Positions 1 to 10,471 of a stretch of DNA of 64,000 nt are shown piece after piece. How positions within the stretch are numbered: position 1 is the first letter of the stretch; every line of letters begins with the position of its first letter. This DNA comes from Alphaproteobacteria bacterium (GTDB lineage Bacteria > Pseudomonadota > Alphaproteobacteria > Rs-D84). Made by a program: the position numbers and the translations under genes. Location: assembly GCA_017554665.1 (NCBI GenBank), contig JAFZHX010000003.1, forward strand, positions 1,647-65,646, in the 5' to 3' direction. The notes below the pieces were generated by a model, which did no database searches, was not told the DNA's origin, and saw only the letters and a list, made by a program, of their open reading frames with translations.

Positions 1-1905
1 AATCGACAAAAACTTTACCTTCTTTATCAACAGGCACTGGTTCTGCTTTCATAAAATTAGAACCCAAGATAAACAAGCGAATTGCATCTGCGCCATATTG
101 TTCGATTTGTTGTTCTGGATTAACAAAGTTTTGCAAAGATTTTGAAAACTTCTTTTTGTTTTCATCAACAATCATACCATTTGCAGAAACTGTCATAAAT
201 GCAGGCTTGTCAAACAAAGCAGTTGCCAATACCATCAAAGCATAGAACCAACCGCGTGTTTGGTCTTGACCTTCGATAATATAGTCTGCTGGGAATGTCG
301 CAGCGAAAACATCTTGGTTTTCAAATGGATAGTGTAATGATGCCCAAGGCATAGAACCACTTTCTACCCAACAATCCAAAACATCTGATATGCGTGTCCA
401 ACCGTCTTTTGTAAGTTTGTCCAAAGTTGGGCGATGCAAATCTTCGACTTTTACACCAAAGAATTCTTCCAGTTCTGCGATAGAACCAAATACTTTGTAT
501 TCGCCATCTTTTTCCCAGATTGGCAAAGGCATACCCCAGAAACGATTTCTAGATATTGACCAAGGACGTGCATTTTCAATCCAAGAACGGAATCTTTCAC
601 CGGCACTTGTCCAATTTACTTTTGCATTATTTGCCAACAGTTTTTCTTTGATTTTTGGAACATCGATATACCAAGAATCTGTTGCACGATAAATTAATTT
701 TTCTTTTGAACGATCGCCAAAAGGATAGCTGTGTTTATACTGTTCTTTTTTTACCAGCTTTCCATTAGTTTTCAACCAATCCATAATTTTTGGAGTTGCA
801 GTAAATATATTTTCACCAGCAAAATCAACAACTGTTTCATCAAAGTTGCCGTATGTATCAACATTTAACAGTACAGGGAATTTTGGATCGATATTTTTTG
901 CAGCCCAAAAGTCATCAGCACCATATGCAGGTGCGATATGAACGATACCAGTACCATCGCCATCAGATACATAATCAGCAGGGATTACTTGGAACAACAA
1001 TTCTGATTGTCCTGCATAGTATGGGAATAATGGTGTGTAATGCATACCAACCAATTCTGCACCTTTTATACAACCGACTTCAGTTGCGTTTGCGAATTGT
1101 TTTTCATATGCTTTTAATCTGCTTTTTGCGATAACATAAACATTGCCGTCTGTGTCTTGCATACGCAGGTATTCCATATTTGGATTAACAGCCAATGCGC
1201 TATTTGCAGGCAATGTCCAAGGTGTTGTTGTCCATGCTATAACACGATCACCATTTTCCAGTTGGAACCAAACTGTTACTGCATCATCAACGATTTCACG
1301 ATAGTCTTGAGATGCTTCTGAATTAGAAACAACCGTTCCATTAACCCAGTCATATGGATTTACGCTATAATCTTTATATAACAAGCCTTTTTCATACAAA
1401 GACTTTAATGTCCACAGCATAGATTCCATATAGTTTTTTTCCATGGTTTTATAGCCATAGCCTTCACCAATATCAACCCAGCGACCCATACGTGTAATAA
1501 AGTGGTTCCACTCGTTAGTATATGTCATAACATCTGTGCGGCATAAATCACAGAATGTTTCAACACCATTATTTGCAACAATGTCTTTGGCTGTTTGTTT
1601 TTGTTTCTTTTCAACAGAATTTTCAGCAGGCAATCCATGACAATCCCACCCCAGTTCGCGACGAACATGGCGTCCGTTCATTGTCTGAAAACGACAAACC
1701 ATATCTTTTACAACAGAAACCCCAAGATGTCCCCAGTGTGGCAATCCGTTTGCAAAAGGAGGTCCGTCAAAAAAGCTAAAAGGATGTCCTTGCTTTGTTT
1801 TTTCTAGCGTTTTATGAAATGTATTATTTTCAGCCCAGTACTGTAACACCTGTTGTTCCAGCGATGAAAAATCAGCACGAGGGTCTGTTTTTGTGTATGC
1901 CATAA
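1..1905 (-). CDS. ileS: Isoleucyl-tRNA synthetase (eukaryote-like type), N-terminal ~635 codons; gene continues past the window start
   Basis: Reverse-strand translation from ATG at 1903-1905 gives MAYTKTDPRADFSSLEQQVLQYW...FSFFDGPPFANGLPHWGHL (class I HIGH region typical of type-2 IleS); GGAG RBS 7 nt upstream; no stop within window. Confidence 0.8.
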
Positions 1906-1916
1906 TTTTTTACTCC

Positions 1917-1950
1917 GTATAGTTTTATCATTAAAAAAAGGGCGTCCATA
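1917..1950 (-). terminator. Minus-strand intrinsic terminator (GGGCG-tccata-CGCCC hairpin + T7 on minus strand) immediately upstream of ileS RBS
   Basis: hairpin gggcgtccatacgccc followed (minus strand) by TTTTTTT. Confidence 0.4.
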
Positions 1951-2118
1951 CGCCCCAGCCACCGCCAAAGCGCAGTTGCTAGTTATTTAATAATAATTAT
2001 TGTTGCTTGTTTCATGTCTCACAGGGTACACCTATAAAATCCAAAAATCAAGTATTGTATTATAAAATTGACAAACAGCTTTGTTGTGATATTGTTGAAA
2101 TGAAAAAGGATGTTTATA

Positions 2119-2487
2119 ATGAATAAAGAATTAACTACTTCTACTAAAGATGAAGACAAGATTTTTAAAATGACAAGAAGCGCGTTACAAAACAAAATAG
2201 TAACAAAAGAAATACGCGTTTTGAGCAGGGGAAATGATGAACAGGTATGGAAAATAAGCGGGTCTGACGGCATATCTTTTATATTTAATGGCAAGGAAAT
2301 CAGAAAATTAACAATAGCTGTTGAAGTAAAGGCTATACCTACAAAAAAAACCATTTCACAGGAATTTACAGACAAAAAATTCGTAAAAAAAATGCATGAT
2401 TTATTTGTTAACAAAGAAAATGTAATGAAACTTCAAGAAAAACAAAAAATAAACTTTATAAGCGAATTCAAATCTAATTTGAAATAA
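2119..2487 (+). CDS. Hypothetical lysine-rich small protein
   Basis: ORF with AAGGA RBS 9 nt upstream of ATG 2119; no recognisable family; antisense 131-aa ORF (2019..2414) is hydrophobic and looks like an AT-rich mirror. Confidence 0.35.
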   Translation: MNKELTTSTKDEDKIFKMTRSALQNKIVTKEIRVLSRGNDEQVWKISGSDGISFIFNGKEIRKLTIAVEVKAIPTKKTISQEFTDKKFVKKMHDLFVNKENVMKLQEKQKINFISEFKSNLK

Positions 2488-2500
2488 AAAAGGACAAAAA

Positions 2501-2767
2501 ATGACAATACAAGATGTTTTGAATTGTGTAAATACAGCAACCAGTATTAAACAATGGCCAGACGAATATCGTATTTATTCACCAAATGGTTTTGTGTTGT
2601 CTTATTGCGACAAAGAAGGTCAGGTAACTTCTTTTGTTACAAATTTAGATGGTGCTGTATGTCATTTAACAACAGTAGGACAGGAAAAATTGCAGTCAGC
2701 AATTGAAAAGCGTATGCAAAAGTTAAAAATAAAATCAATTTATCAAAATACACAAAAGACAAAATAA
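2501..2767 (+). CDS. Hypothetical small protein
   Basis: ORF with AAGGA RBS 6 nt upstream; followed directly by terminator hairpin. Confidence 0.4.
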   Translation: MTIQDVLNCVNTATSIKQWPDEYRIYSPNGFVLSYCDKEGQVTSFVTNLDGAVCHLTTVGQEKLQSAIEKRMQKLKIKSIYQNTQKTK

Positions 2768-2795
2768 AAAATCCCCGAACGGGGATTTTTTTATT
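2764..2795. terminator. Bidirectional intrinsic terminator (CCCC-GAAC-GGGG family)
   Basis: aaaaaTCCCCgaacGGGGAttttttt; serves + ORF 2501..2767 and tRNA-Thr on minus strand. Confidence 0.6.
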
Positions 2796-2796
2796 A

Positions 2797-2872
2797 TGGT
2801 GCCGGTAATAGGACTTGAACCTACGACCCCCTCATTACGAATGAGATGCTCTACCAGCTGAGCTATACCGGC
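2797..2872 (-). tRNA. tRNA-Thr (anticodon CGU)
   Basis: Reverse complement GCCGGTATAGCTCAGCTGGTAGAGCATCTCATTCGTAATGAGGGGGTCGTAGGTTCAAGTCCTATTACCGGCACCA: 7-bp acceptor, D-loop AGCTCAGCTGGTAGAGC, anticodon loop TTCGTAA, T-loop GGTTCAAGTCC, encoded CCA. Confidence 0.9.
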
Positions 2873-2919
2873 GATGCATACGACTATAATATAACTTGAT
2901 ATAAAAGCCAATTAAATTT

Positions 2920-3387
2920 TTATGATTTTTGTTTGGTATAATGTTCTTTTAAAGTTTGTTCTAATAGATGTTTTATTTTGACCACTGTTCTTAAATGTTG
3001 AGTTTGTGACATATCGTATGGCAAAAAATCAGCAATACTTTCTTGTAATTTTTTTCCAAATTTATTGGTTAAATCTTTTATTGCGACATCGGCAGGAATA
3101 TTTTTATATGGGTCGATATATTCTTTGCCTTCTGATTTGTTTCTTGCGGCAAGATATATCGCATAAGTATCATTACATTGTGGAAATTCATCATCATCCC
3201 AACAAAATTCATTCAAGTGAACAAAAGCACCATTTGTTGGATTTAGTTTACCAATAACCATAAAATCATAATAATTATATATGCGATAACGACCAAAAGT
3301 ATAATTAGTAGATGTTTCAACCTTTTCTTTTACCACATTGTTTGTTCGCAGTTCATAATAAATATTCTTTTTTATACCTTCGTACAT
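2920..3387 (-). CDS. Hypothetical protein
   Basis: 155-aa ORF between tRNA-Thr and mnmG; no family recognised. Confidence 0.4.
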   Translation of the reverse strand: MYEGIKKNIYYELRTNNVVKEKVETSTNYTFGRYRIYNYYDFMVIGKLNPTNGAFVHLNEFCWDDDEFPQCNDTYAIYLAARNKSEGKEYIDPYKNIPADVAIKDLTNKFGKKLQESIADFLPYDMSQTQHLRTVVKIKHLLEQTLKEHYTKQKS

Positions 3388-3397
3388 AACAAATTCC

Positions 3398-5050
3398 TTA
3401 TTTGTTTCCGCCCTTTATTTTGCGCATCACAACCATAATTCCCGCAGGTGTCATTCCAGAAATGCGTGACAAGTCTGCAATATTTTCAGGACGTGTTGCG
3501 TTTAATTTTTCAATTAATTCATTGGTCAGTCCAGGTAGATTATCATACTTAAAATCAGAAGGAATTTTTAAGTCAGCATCGCGTTTATATGCGGCAATTT
3601 CGCGTTCGTTTCGTGCGATATATCCTGCATAGAATTTATCGTTTTCTGCGATAATATCTTTTTTCAAGTTATAGATTTTGTCGTACCATTGCCGGGTTGT
3701 TAAGCCAGAATCAATACCAATTTGACCTAATCGTGCAATAGCATTATCGCAACGCAAAGACAAACGATATTCAGATCTTGATGTGAACATACGATAAGGT
3801 TCATCAACACCAAGTGTTGTTATATCATCGATTAAAACACCAATCATAGCATTTGTTCTATCCAGAATCAGTGGCTTTATATTCAATGCAAAAGCAGCAG
3901 CATTTGCACCAGCAACTAACCCCTGTGCAGCAGCTTCTTCGTATCCCGAAGTTCCGTTTATTTGTCCTGCGAAAAACAGATAAGGTATATCTTTTGATTG
4001 CAACTTGTCATTCAAAGCGCGTGCATCGATTGCGTCATATTCAATAGCATAACCATATCTAACAATTTCTGCATTTTCTAAACCAGGTATTGTGCGAATC
4101 CATTTTTCTTGTGCCTCTTTACCAAAGCTAGTTGATATTCCGTTTGGATAAATCAAGTCGCTGTTATAACCTTCGGGTTCCAAGAAAACATGATGTGATT
4201 TATGTTCTGGAAAACGCATAACTTTATCTTCCAAACTTGGACAATAGCGTGGGCCTGTTCCAACAATATCTCCGTTGTACATAGGCGCGTCAGTTATATT
4301 TTCGCGTATGACATTATGTGTAGTTTCTGTTGTGTGTGTGATATAACAAACACTGTCATAGTTATTATTTATATCACCATCTGCAAACCAATCATGAGGT
4401 GTGTCCCCTGGTTGAATTTCGCATACAGAAAAATCAATAGATTCTTTTTTGATTCTGGCCGGAGTTCCTGTTTTTAATCTTAAAATTTTAAACCCGTTTT
4501 CAGACAGAATAGCAGAGATATTTTTATCTGCATCTTGATATGTTCCGTCATCTTGTAATCTGCCAGCTGAAATTTTTTCTGTTCCGCGTGTAACAGTTCC
4601 GCACAAGAAAGTTCCTGTTGTTAAAACAATTGCATTTGCGCAGAATTTATCGTTCACAGTTTTATTTATGATGTCAAAGTTACTAACAGCTTCGAATACA
4701 ATGTCTAGATTTTCATATTCTGCCAAAATATTGACAATTGCATTATGGTATAAATCACGATCTATTTGTGCGCGCAAAGCCTGTGTTGCAGCACCGTGTG
4801 TTGCGTTCAGTGTACGCCAATGAATGCCAGCCCTGTCAGCTGCGCGTCCCATAACACCGCCCAAAGCGGTTATTTCTGCGACCATTTGTGATTTGCCAGG
4901 ACCACCAATACTTGGGTTGCAAGACAATGCGCCTAAATCAGATTCTGCCTGAGTTATCAAAAGTGTTTTTGCACCGCGTCTTGCAGATGCAGATGCAGCT
5001 TCAATACCGGCATGTCCACCACCAATAACAATCACATCATAATTTTGCAT
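3398..5050 (-). CDS. mnmG: tRNA uridine 5-carboxymethylaminomethyl modification enzyme MnmG (GidA)
   Basis: MQNYDVIVIGGGHAGIEAASASARRGAKTLLITQ...SCNPSIGG FAD-binding N-terminus, characteristic of MnmG/GidA. Confidence 0.9.
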   Translation of the reverse strand: MQNYDVIVIGGGHAGIEAASASARRGAKTLLITQAESDLGALSCNPSIGGPGKSQMVAEITALGGVMGRAADRAGIHWRTLNATHGAATQALRAQIDRDLYHNAIVNILAEYENLDIVFEAVSNFDIINKTVNDKFCANAIVLTTGTFLCGTVTRGTEKISAGRLQDDGTYQDADKNISAILSENGFKILRLKTGTPARIKKESIDFSVCEIQPGDTPHDWFADGDINNNYDSVCYITHTTETTHNVIRENITDAPMYNGDIVGTGPRYCPSLEDKVMRFPEHKSHHVFLEPEGYNSDLIYPNGISTSFGKEAQEKWIRTIPGLENAEIVRYGYAIEYDAIDARALNDKLQSKDIPYLFFAGQINGTSGYEEAAAQGLVAGANAAAFALNIKPLILDRTNAMIGVLIDDITTLGVDEPYRMFTSRSEYRLSLRCDNAIARLGQIGIDSGLTTRQWYDKIYNLKKDIIAENDKFYAGYIARNEREIAAYKRDADLKIPSDFKYDNLPGLTNELIEKLNATRPENIADLSRISGMTPAGIMVVMRKIKGGNK

Positions 5051-5778
5051 TAGAAACGACCCATACCACCATTTACATGTAAAACTTGACCGTTGATATA
5101 AGAAGCTTCGTCAGATGCCAAGAATACACATGCGTTTGCAATATCTTCTGGTTCGCCAAAGCGACCGGCTGGGATTTGTGCTAAATAAGTTTTCTTTAAT
5201 TCTTCTGGCAAAACATCTGTCATAGGTGTTTTTATAAATCCAGGCGCAATTGCGTTTGCAGTAATTCCGCGTGATGCAACTTCGGCAGCGATAGATTTTG
5301 TCATTGCAATCATACCACCTTTACTTGCAGCATAGTTTGCCTGACCTGCCCCGCCTATAACGCCAATAATAGAAGCCATATTGATAATGCGACCATAGCG
5401 ATTTTTCATCATAGGCATAATTGCTGCACGGCACATTTTAAAGCAAGAACGCAAGTTTGTGTTTATAACATCTTCGAATTGTTCGTCTGTCATACGCATT
5501 AACAAAGTATCTTTTGTAATACCTGCGTTATTAATCAAAATATCGATTTTTCCAGCCTGTTCAATAGTGTTCATAATCAATTCAACAGCACCACCTTCGG
5601 TTGCTAAATCGCAAGGAATTTTGATGTATTCATCACCAAATTCTGCGTCCATTTTTGTGACATTACGACCTGATACAACAACTGTTGCACCTGCTTGCTT
5701 CATCTTTTTTGCGATTGCGCATCCAATACCACCCGTAGCGCCAGTAATAAGTGCAACTTTGCCTGATAAATTAAACAT
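5050..5778 (-). CDS. fabG: 3-oxoacyl-[ACP] reductase FabG
   Basis: MFNLSGKVALITGATGGIG... SDR fold with NAG and YxxxK motifs; located downstream of fabD. Confidence 0.9.
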   Translation of the reverse strand: MFNLSGKVALITGATGGIGCAIAKKMKQAGATVVVSGRNVTKMDAEFGDEYIKIPCDLATEGGAVELIMNTIEQAGKIDILINNAGITKDTLLMRMTDEQFEDVINTNLRSCFKMCRAAIMPMMKNRYGRIINMASIIGVIGGAGQANYAASKGGMIAMTKSIAAEVASRGITANAIAPGFIKTPMTDVLPEELKKTYLAQIPAGRFGEPEDIANACVFLASDEASYINGQVLHVNGGMGRF

Positions 5779-5780
5779 AA

Positions 5781-6656
5781 TTATATCTCCAATTTTTTTG
5801 CTGTTATTTTATCTGTAATTCGTGAACACAATCCTGTTAAAACAGAGCCAGGTCCAACTTCGACCATATCTGTTATGCCAAGTTCTGCCATATTCAAAAC
5901 ACTTTCGCGCCAACGAACACCGTGTGTCATTTGATATACCAATGCTTCTTTAATTTCATTAACATCTGTCAGTGCAGTGCAAGTTTTATTTGAAATCAAA
6001 GGCACAGAAGGTGTGTTCATTTTTACCTCGTGCAGTGCAGATGCCATTGCGTCTGCGGCAGGCTGTTGAATACGACAATGTACAGGTACAGACAGTGCCA
6101 ATGGCATTGCGCGTTTTGCGCCCTGCTCTTTCGCCATATTCATTGCTGTTTCAACTGCTTCTTTTGCGCCAGAAATCACAACCTGACCCATACTGTTATC
6201 ATTTGCAACATCGCAACCAGCTTGTTCACATATTTTACGTAAAGCATCAATTTCCATGCCCAGTACAACAGCAGTCAATCCATGTCCCACCGGAACAGCC
6301 GTTTGCATTGCGTTGCCACGAATACGCAATAATTTTGCAGTGTCGCCAACACTTAATGCACCAGCAGCACATAATGCAGTGTATTCGCCCAAAGAATGTC
6401 CTGCTACATATTCTGGCAAAGACTGTCCACTGGCATGCAACATAGCAATAGAAGTTGCCATAATTGCTGGCTGAACATTTGCAGTCAAAGTCAAATCTTC
6501 CATTGGACCATTAAAGATTATATCTGATAATTTTTCGCCCAATGCATCATCTACTTCATCAAATACAGCGCGTGCAGCTGCGTTGTTTTCGTACAAGTCT
6601 TTACCCATACCAACAACCTGTGCGCCCTGACCTGGGAATACAAAAATTGACGACAT
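5781..6656 (-). CDS. fabD: Malonyl CoA-ACP transacylase FabD
   Basis: MSSIFVFPGQGAQVVGMG...GHSLGEY active-site motif; start moved to internal ATG (cat 6654-6656) matching FabD N-terminus. Confidence 0.9.
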   Translation of the reverse strand: MSSIFVFPGQGAQVVGMGKDLYENNAAARAVFDEVDDALGEKLSDIIFNGPMEDLTLTANVQPAIMATSIAMLHASGQSLPEYVAGHSLGEYTALCAAGALSVGDTAKLLRIRGNAMQTAVPVGHGLTAVVLGMEIDALRKICEQAGCDVANDNSMGQVVISGAKEAVETAMNMAKEQGAKRAMPLALSVPVHCRIQQPAADAMASALHEVKMNTPSVPLISNKTCTALTDVNEIKEALVYQMTHGVRWRESVLNMAELGITDMVEVGPGSVLTGLCSRITDKITAKKLEI

Positions 6657-6784
6657 GTTAATCCTTTTGTTTTTTTGTATTATAGACCGTATTTTCGCCA
6701 ATCGCAAATGTTAAAGTGGCTGTTTCAGGTTGACAGTATATATGCATTTTGATAAGTTTTTATCACAGAAAAAGAGGTGTAAAT

Positions 6785-7219
6785 ATGGCATATGATAAAG
6801 ATTTAGATATAAATAATAAAAAAGATGTAATTGTTTTAATGGATGCTGATTTTTCATTTTTGTTGGGTAAAACTGTCTTGTCCAAAGGAATTACGCAACA
6901 ACAGGCTCTTGAATTATTACATATTTTAGATGCACACCAAACAACGCCTAAATCATGTGCAAAACATATTTCTGCAACATATAAGTTATCTGTACAACAT
7001 TGGAATAAACACAACACCAAGTCTAAATTGAATGAATTAAGTTTATCTTTAGAAATTGGCAAGTGTATGAAATGTAATAAAAAGACAGTCGGTATGACAC
7101 AGCGTGAAAAAGACACAAAGTGTGCAGAAAATATAAAATCTGGAAAATGCTGTGATAAAATGGTTTGTGATACTATTGGTGCGGTTTTATTTCCTGATTT
7201 ATACCAAAAACAGAAATAA
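6785..7219 (+). CDS. Hypothetical Cys-rich protein
   Basis: ORF MAYDKDLD...; C-terminal cluster CMKCNKK...KCAENIKSGKCCDKMVCD; no family recognised. Confidence 0.35.
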   Translation: MAYDKDLDINNKKDVIVLMDADFSFLLGKTVLSKGITQQQALELLHILDAHQTTPKSCAKHISATYKLSVQHWNKHNTKSKLNELSLSLEIGKCMKCNKKTVGMTQREKDTKCAENIKSGKCCDKMVCDTIGAVLFPDLYQKQK

Positions 7220-7248
7220 AAAATGCCGGTATTTGCCGGCTTTTTTTA
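7217..7248. terminator. Bidirectional intrinsic terminator (GCCGG hairpin family)
   Basis: aaaaaatGCCGGtatttGCCGGCttttttt between convergent ORFs. Confidence 0.55.
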
Positions 7249-7785
7249 TACTTTCCTGATACTAAATTCGCATCCACAATAATTCTGTCTGTAAAAGTCC
7301 GATTCACGATTGATTTGCAAACGCAAATCCTCATCCCATTTAACCGGTAAATACTTAATATTTTCACAAACATTTTGCGCAGCACAATCAACCTGATTTT
7401 GACTTTTATGGCGTGATACACCAAGTACACTAGCAATAGCATTATATCCGTTTTCTTGTGCGAATTTTACAGCTCTTTTGAATCTGTATTCAAAACACAA
7501 ACTGCAACGAGGTCCACGTTCAGGTGCGTTTTCATGGCCGCGTACAGCATCAAGCCACGCATCATGATTGTATTCCAATACAGCATATTTTACGCCACAT
7601 TGTTCACAGTATTTTATCTGTTCGTTCATGCGTTTTGTATATTCTGTTTCAGGAAATATGTTTGGGTTATAAAATAAAACAATAAAGTCAGATACACCAT
7701 CTATACCGTGCTCTGCTAGTTGTTTAATTGCACCTGACGAGCAAGGCGCACAACAAGACAGCAAGACAAGACGCATATCTGACAT
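7246..7785 (-). CDS. queH: Epoxyqueuosine reductase QueH (DUF208)
   Basis: N-terminal LLSCCAPCS motif plus downstream Cys pairs typical of QueH. Confidence 0.8.
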   Translation of the reverse strand: MSDMRLVLLSCCAPCSSGAIKQLAEHGIDGVSDFIVLFYNPNIFPETEYTKRMNEQIKYCEQCGVKYAVLEYNHDAWLDAVRGHENAPERGPRCSLCFEYRFKRAVKFAQENGYNAIASVLGVSRHKSQNQVDCAAQNVCENIKYLPVKWDEDLRLQINRESDFYRQNYCGCEFSIRKV

Positions 7786-7786
7786 A

Positions 7787-9775
7787 TTATTTATATTCTT
7801 CGCCGATATTATAATTGGAGTTTAATTCGATGATGTTTTTGTCATCGCCATCCAATCCAAGCTCTGGTGCGCTGCACATCATACCAAACGATTCAACGCC
7901 AGCAACTGTGCGTTGTGATAATGTTTTTTTCATCGTTGGTAGTAAGCAACCAACAGGTGCTAATACACCACGCAAACCAACATATACATTTGGTGCGCCA
8001 CATACGATTTGTGCGTTTTCAGAACCACCATAATTTACAGCCAAAATGTGTAAATCTTCACGTGTTGGGTGATTCTTTACATCAACGATTTCTGCAACAA
8101 TTGGTTTTGGTGTTGTGTCTGGTTTTTTTGGAACATATTTTTCAATCAGCATTGCAACAGTATCGTCATCAATACGATTAAACAAGTTTTCTGGAACAAC
8201 AAATTCTTCGCCATCATTTACACGATGTTCGTATTGTGTTGGCCAAGACAAATCGTGTGTTGTTGTGAAAACATTTTGCATTTTTGTTGCGGCATCTGGA
8301 ATAAAAGGCGCAGATATACGTGCGAATAAATCAATCATTTGGAAACATTCGTTCAAGCATGCAGCAGCCCCTTCTGTATCACCGTTTTTAACCAAGGCCC
8401 ATGGCTCCATCTTGGTCATATATTCATTTCCGATTGCGTACAGACCACGCAGTGCAGTAATTGAATTTCTAAATTCGCATGCTTCTAATGCAGCTGTTAA
8501 TTCGGATAGCTTTTCATTTATTTCTTTTGCAAGTTCTGTATTTTCTGCGCCAGCTTTTGGAACATTGTTACCAAAATTCTTGGCAGTCAGTTTGCAAACA
8601 CGGCTTACAAAATTACCCAACATACCGTTTAAGTCTTTGTTTACAATATCTGCAAAACGATTGATTGTAAAATCTGTGTCGTCTGTTTCTGGTGCAGATG
8701 CCAGTAACGAATAACGCCAATAATCTGCTGGAGCAATATCGATTGCGCTGTCCAAGAATATGCCACGTTGTTGTGATTTAGAAAATTTACCGCCTTCAAA
8801 ATTCAAGAAGTTCATTCCTTTTAGCATATCAACAGTTTTCCAGTTGTCGTTCATTGCCAATTGTTGTTCTGGAAAGAAAACAGAGTGGAACTTAACATTG
8901 TCTTTGCCCATAAATTGTGCATAGTGTGTATCTGGATTTTTCCACCAGTCTGCCCATTTATCGTTTGCAGCTTGTGATATAGAAACATAACCCCATGGTG
9001 CATCAAACCAAACATAGAAAACTTTATTTTCATAGCCTGGCTTATTAACAGGTATACCCCATGATAAATCACGTGTAATAGATGTATCATGCAACCCTTC
9101 GTTTGCCCATCCGCGTGCGATTGCGGCGGCTGATTTTGACCATTTTGGTGCGTGTTCTGCCAACCAGTCTTTCCATTTGTTTTCAATTTTGGAGGCCAAA
9201 AAGAACAGGTTTTTTGTTGGTCTGTATTCAATATTGCTGCTGTTTGAAATAGTGCTGCGAGGGTTTAATAATTCTGTTGCTTCGTATGTTGCGCTACATT
9301 TATCGCATTGGTCGCCACGTGCATTTTCAAAACCGCACTTTGGGCATGTTCCAACCAGTTGACGATCTGCCAAGAACATATTGTCATCAACAGAAAAAGG
9401 TTGAATTGTTTCGCGTTCTTCGATTAATCCTTGTTCGTCAAGACGAGTGAACAATTCATGAATTAATTTTTCTTGTTTGTCTGTATGTGTGCGTCCATAT
9501 AAATCAAAAGACAAATTAAAATCACGAACAGACTTCAAATGTTTTTCATAATATTTATTGTTGTATTCAATCACAGGCAAATTTTCAGCTGCTGCTCCAA
9601 CGATTGCAGGTGTGCCATGTTCATCTGCCCCGCAGACAAATAAAACATCACGACCCATTGCGCGGCAAAAACGTGCATAAACATCACTTGGTAAATAACA
9701 ACCAATTAAATGCCCTAAATGCAATTCGCCGTTCACGTATGGTAATGCAGATGTTACTAAATATTTTTTTGCCAT
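7787..9775 (-). CDS. metG: Methionyl-tRNA synthetase with C-terminal tRNA-binding (EMAP-like) domain
   Basis: MAKKYLVTSALPYVNGELHLGHL (HIGH), CPKCG zinc knuckle, KFSKS motif; start set at internal ATG (cat 9773-9775). Confidence 0.9.
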   Translation of the reverse strand: MAKKYLVTSALPYVNGELHLGHLIGCYLPSDVYARFCRAMGRDVLFVCGADEHGTPAIVGAAAENLPVIEYNNKYYEKHLKSVRDFNLSFDLYGRTHTDKQEKLIHELFTRLDEQGLIEERETIQPFSVDDNMFLADRQLVGTCPKCGFENARGDQCDKCSATYEATELLNPRSTISNSSNIEYRPTKNLFFLASKIENKWKDWLAEHAPKWSKSAAAIARGWANEGLHDTSITRDLSWGIPVNKPGYENKVFYVWFDAPWGYVSISQAANDKWADWWKNPDTHYAQFMGKDNVKFHSVFFPEQQLAMNDNWKTVDMLKGMNFLNFEGGKFSKSQQRGIFLDSAIDIAPADYWRYSLLASAPETDDTDFTINRFADIVNKDLNGMLGNFVSRVCKLTAKNFGNNVPKAGAENTELAKEINEKLSELTAALEACEFRNSITALRGLYAIGNEYMTKMEPWALVKNGDTEGAAACLNECFQMIDLFARISAPFIPDAATKMQNVFTTTHDLSWPTQYEHRVNDGEEFVVPENLFNRIDDDTVAMLIEKYVPKKPDTTPKPIVAEIVDVKNHPTREDLHILAVNYGGSENAQIVCGAPNVYVGLRGVLAPVGCLLPTMKKTLSQRTVAGVESFGMMCSAPELGLDGDDKNIIELNSNYNIGEEYK

Positions 9776-9898
9776 TTTTTTTTGCCCCTTGAAACTAACC
9801 AAGAAATTATAAATCAAATTTTGAATAAATCAACTTTTATAAAACCTTGAAAAAACAAATGAAAATGCTTAAATATAAGCATATAGACAGGATTAAAA

Positions 9899-10471
9899 AT
9901 GAATACATTAAAAACCTTAGATAGAAACACACTTGTGTACATTGTAAACGAAATAACCAAGCATCAAAACATCAAAAATATGCCAACATTGAAAATTGCT
10001 CGGCTTTTATATTTGTTGTGGTTGGAATATGCATCTTTGTACCCTGAATACAAGATACCAGCAAAATCCCCAATGAATAATATGGTTTTTGCAAACTATG
10101 AAAGGGGGCCATCAGAAGAAGTGTTTTGTTGTGAAGCTGATAAAGTTCGCAGTGATATTTTGTCTGGCAAAATACCTAAGTTTTCACAAACAGAATTTCA
10201 TCAGTCTGAAAAAATTCGTTTAGAACATGCTTTTGAAGTTGTTCGCAACAGTTATTCTTATTTTAGACAAGAAGAATTGTGCGGATTTATTACGGTTGAT
10301 TTGGTTTTATCACGAAAAAAACCAAAAATAAAATTGCTAGAAATAAACGAAAAAGAAAAGTTTGAAGAAGTTAGCGAGTATGTAAAAAATCGTGGTTATT
10401 TTGAGAAAAGACGCTATACACAGATGCCAAGGGGTTATTACAAAAAATTGTGTGAGATCTTGCAAAAATAA
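9899..10471 (+). CDS. Hypothetical protein; weak resemblance to Panacea/DUF4065 (SocA-like antitoxin) domain
   Basis: LKIARLLYLLWLEYASLYPEYKIP...MVFANYERGPSEEVF pattern; sits beside tRNA-Val. Confidence 0.4.
   Translation: MNTLKTLDRNTLVYIVNEITKHQNIKNMPTLKIARLLYLLWLEYASLYPEYKIPAKSPMNNMVFANYERGPSEEVFCCEADKVRSDILSGKIPKFSQTEFHQSEKIRLEHAFEVVRNSYSYFRQEELCGFITVDLVLSRKKPKIKLLEINEKEKFEEVSEYVKNRGYFEKRRYTQMPRGYYKKLCEILQK

Noticed and set aside
2019-2414. 131-aa hydrophobic minus ORF as the real gene
   Set aside because: Its F/L/I-rich translation is typical of antisense to an A-rich Lys-codon gene. The plus-strand ORF 2119-2487 has a proper RBS. This is kept as an ambiguity in the findings because of the minus-strand terminator at 1927-1950.
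6030-6474. Plus-strand ORFs inside fabD
   Set aside because: They are antisense to a well-conserved fabD and have Cys/His-rich compositions typical of spurious reverse-frame ORFs.
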